Shown here: positions 63,682-64,000 of the stretch, piece after piece
Position numbering within the stretch: position 1 is the first letter of the stretch
Layout of the letters: each line of letters starts with the position of its first letter
Source: Eledone cirrhosa
Taxonomy: Eukaryota
DNA: 64,000 nucleotides
NCBI GenBank assembly: GCA_964016885.1
Contig: OZ024743.1
Span: 289,168,001 to 289,232,000, forward strand
Reading direction: 5' to 3'
Program-made: the position numbers and the translations under genes
The notes under the pieces: model-generated
The model's input: only the letters and a program-made list of their open reading frames with translations
Databases searched by the model: none
Told to the model about the DNA's origin: nothing

Positions 63682-64000
63682 ATGTGTGTAATGTGTGTAA
63701 TATTTGTATCATACTTATAATGGAGTTATTTATGTGCTCTGTACCATGACAATTATATTGCTCGTCGAATTTACTCATACGAACTTTGATTTTGGATTCT
63801 CAACTACTTTTACGGATTAAACCATTTCGGAGAAGATTCATCTTATCATGTTGCTTGTGGAATTAGTTTGAGTTTGAATGTTATTGGCATAACGTTTTAT
63901 TTACCTCAATAATTTGCTGTTTGATGGCCTGAGGGAATGGGCCTTCTCTGTACATAAACCTGTAGGTTGAGGAAGACAAAAAGAATGAAGACGGGAAGCC

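Overview
Repeat-dominated, AT-rich eukaryotic DNA with no recognisable host exon. It is most likely an octopus or other coleoid cephalopod genome, inferred from the SINE families and the very long (TA)n/(CA)n tracts and not verified. The main structure is a ~26 kb array (2587-28479) in which one compound (GAA/GAC/TAA)n microsatellite has been invaded by two unrelated non-LTR retrotransposon families, each in a fixed and opposite orientation. Tx1/L1-like APE-RT elements lie on the - strand (7664-13565 and 18235-24242; the second has an intact 1139-aa ORF2). R4/Dong-like RT plus restriction-like-endonuclease elements lie on the + strand (13611-14203, 14569-18189, ~24272-28117, and an old relic at ~28290-28479). 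The two Tx1-like copies have near-identical ORF2 but very different ORF1/5'UTR modules. The two long R4 copies share the same nonsense codon and the same endonuclease-motif change. The abundant tRNA-derived SINE ends in the same CCTTGTG-N8-AGAAA..(ATT)n terminus as the Tx1-like LINE, suggesting a LINE/SINE partnership. The right half holds a decayed third Tx1-like copy, a decayed Penelope-like (RT + GIY-YIG) element, a non-autonomous Helitron inserted in a SINE, nested SINEs, MITEs, and a dispersed repeat carrying a type I hammerhead ribozyme motif (a 109-bp inverted pair at ~52.0-52.3 kb, a third copy at ~61.6 kb, and an unrelated minimal one at ~46.3 kb). Most long ORFs in the supplied track are microsatellite artefacts.
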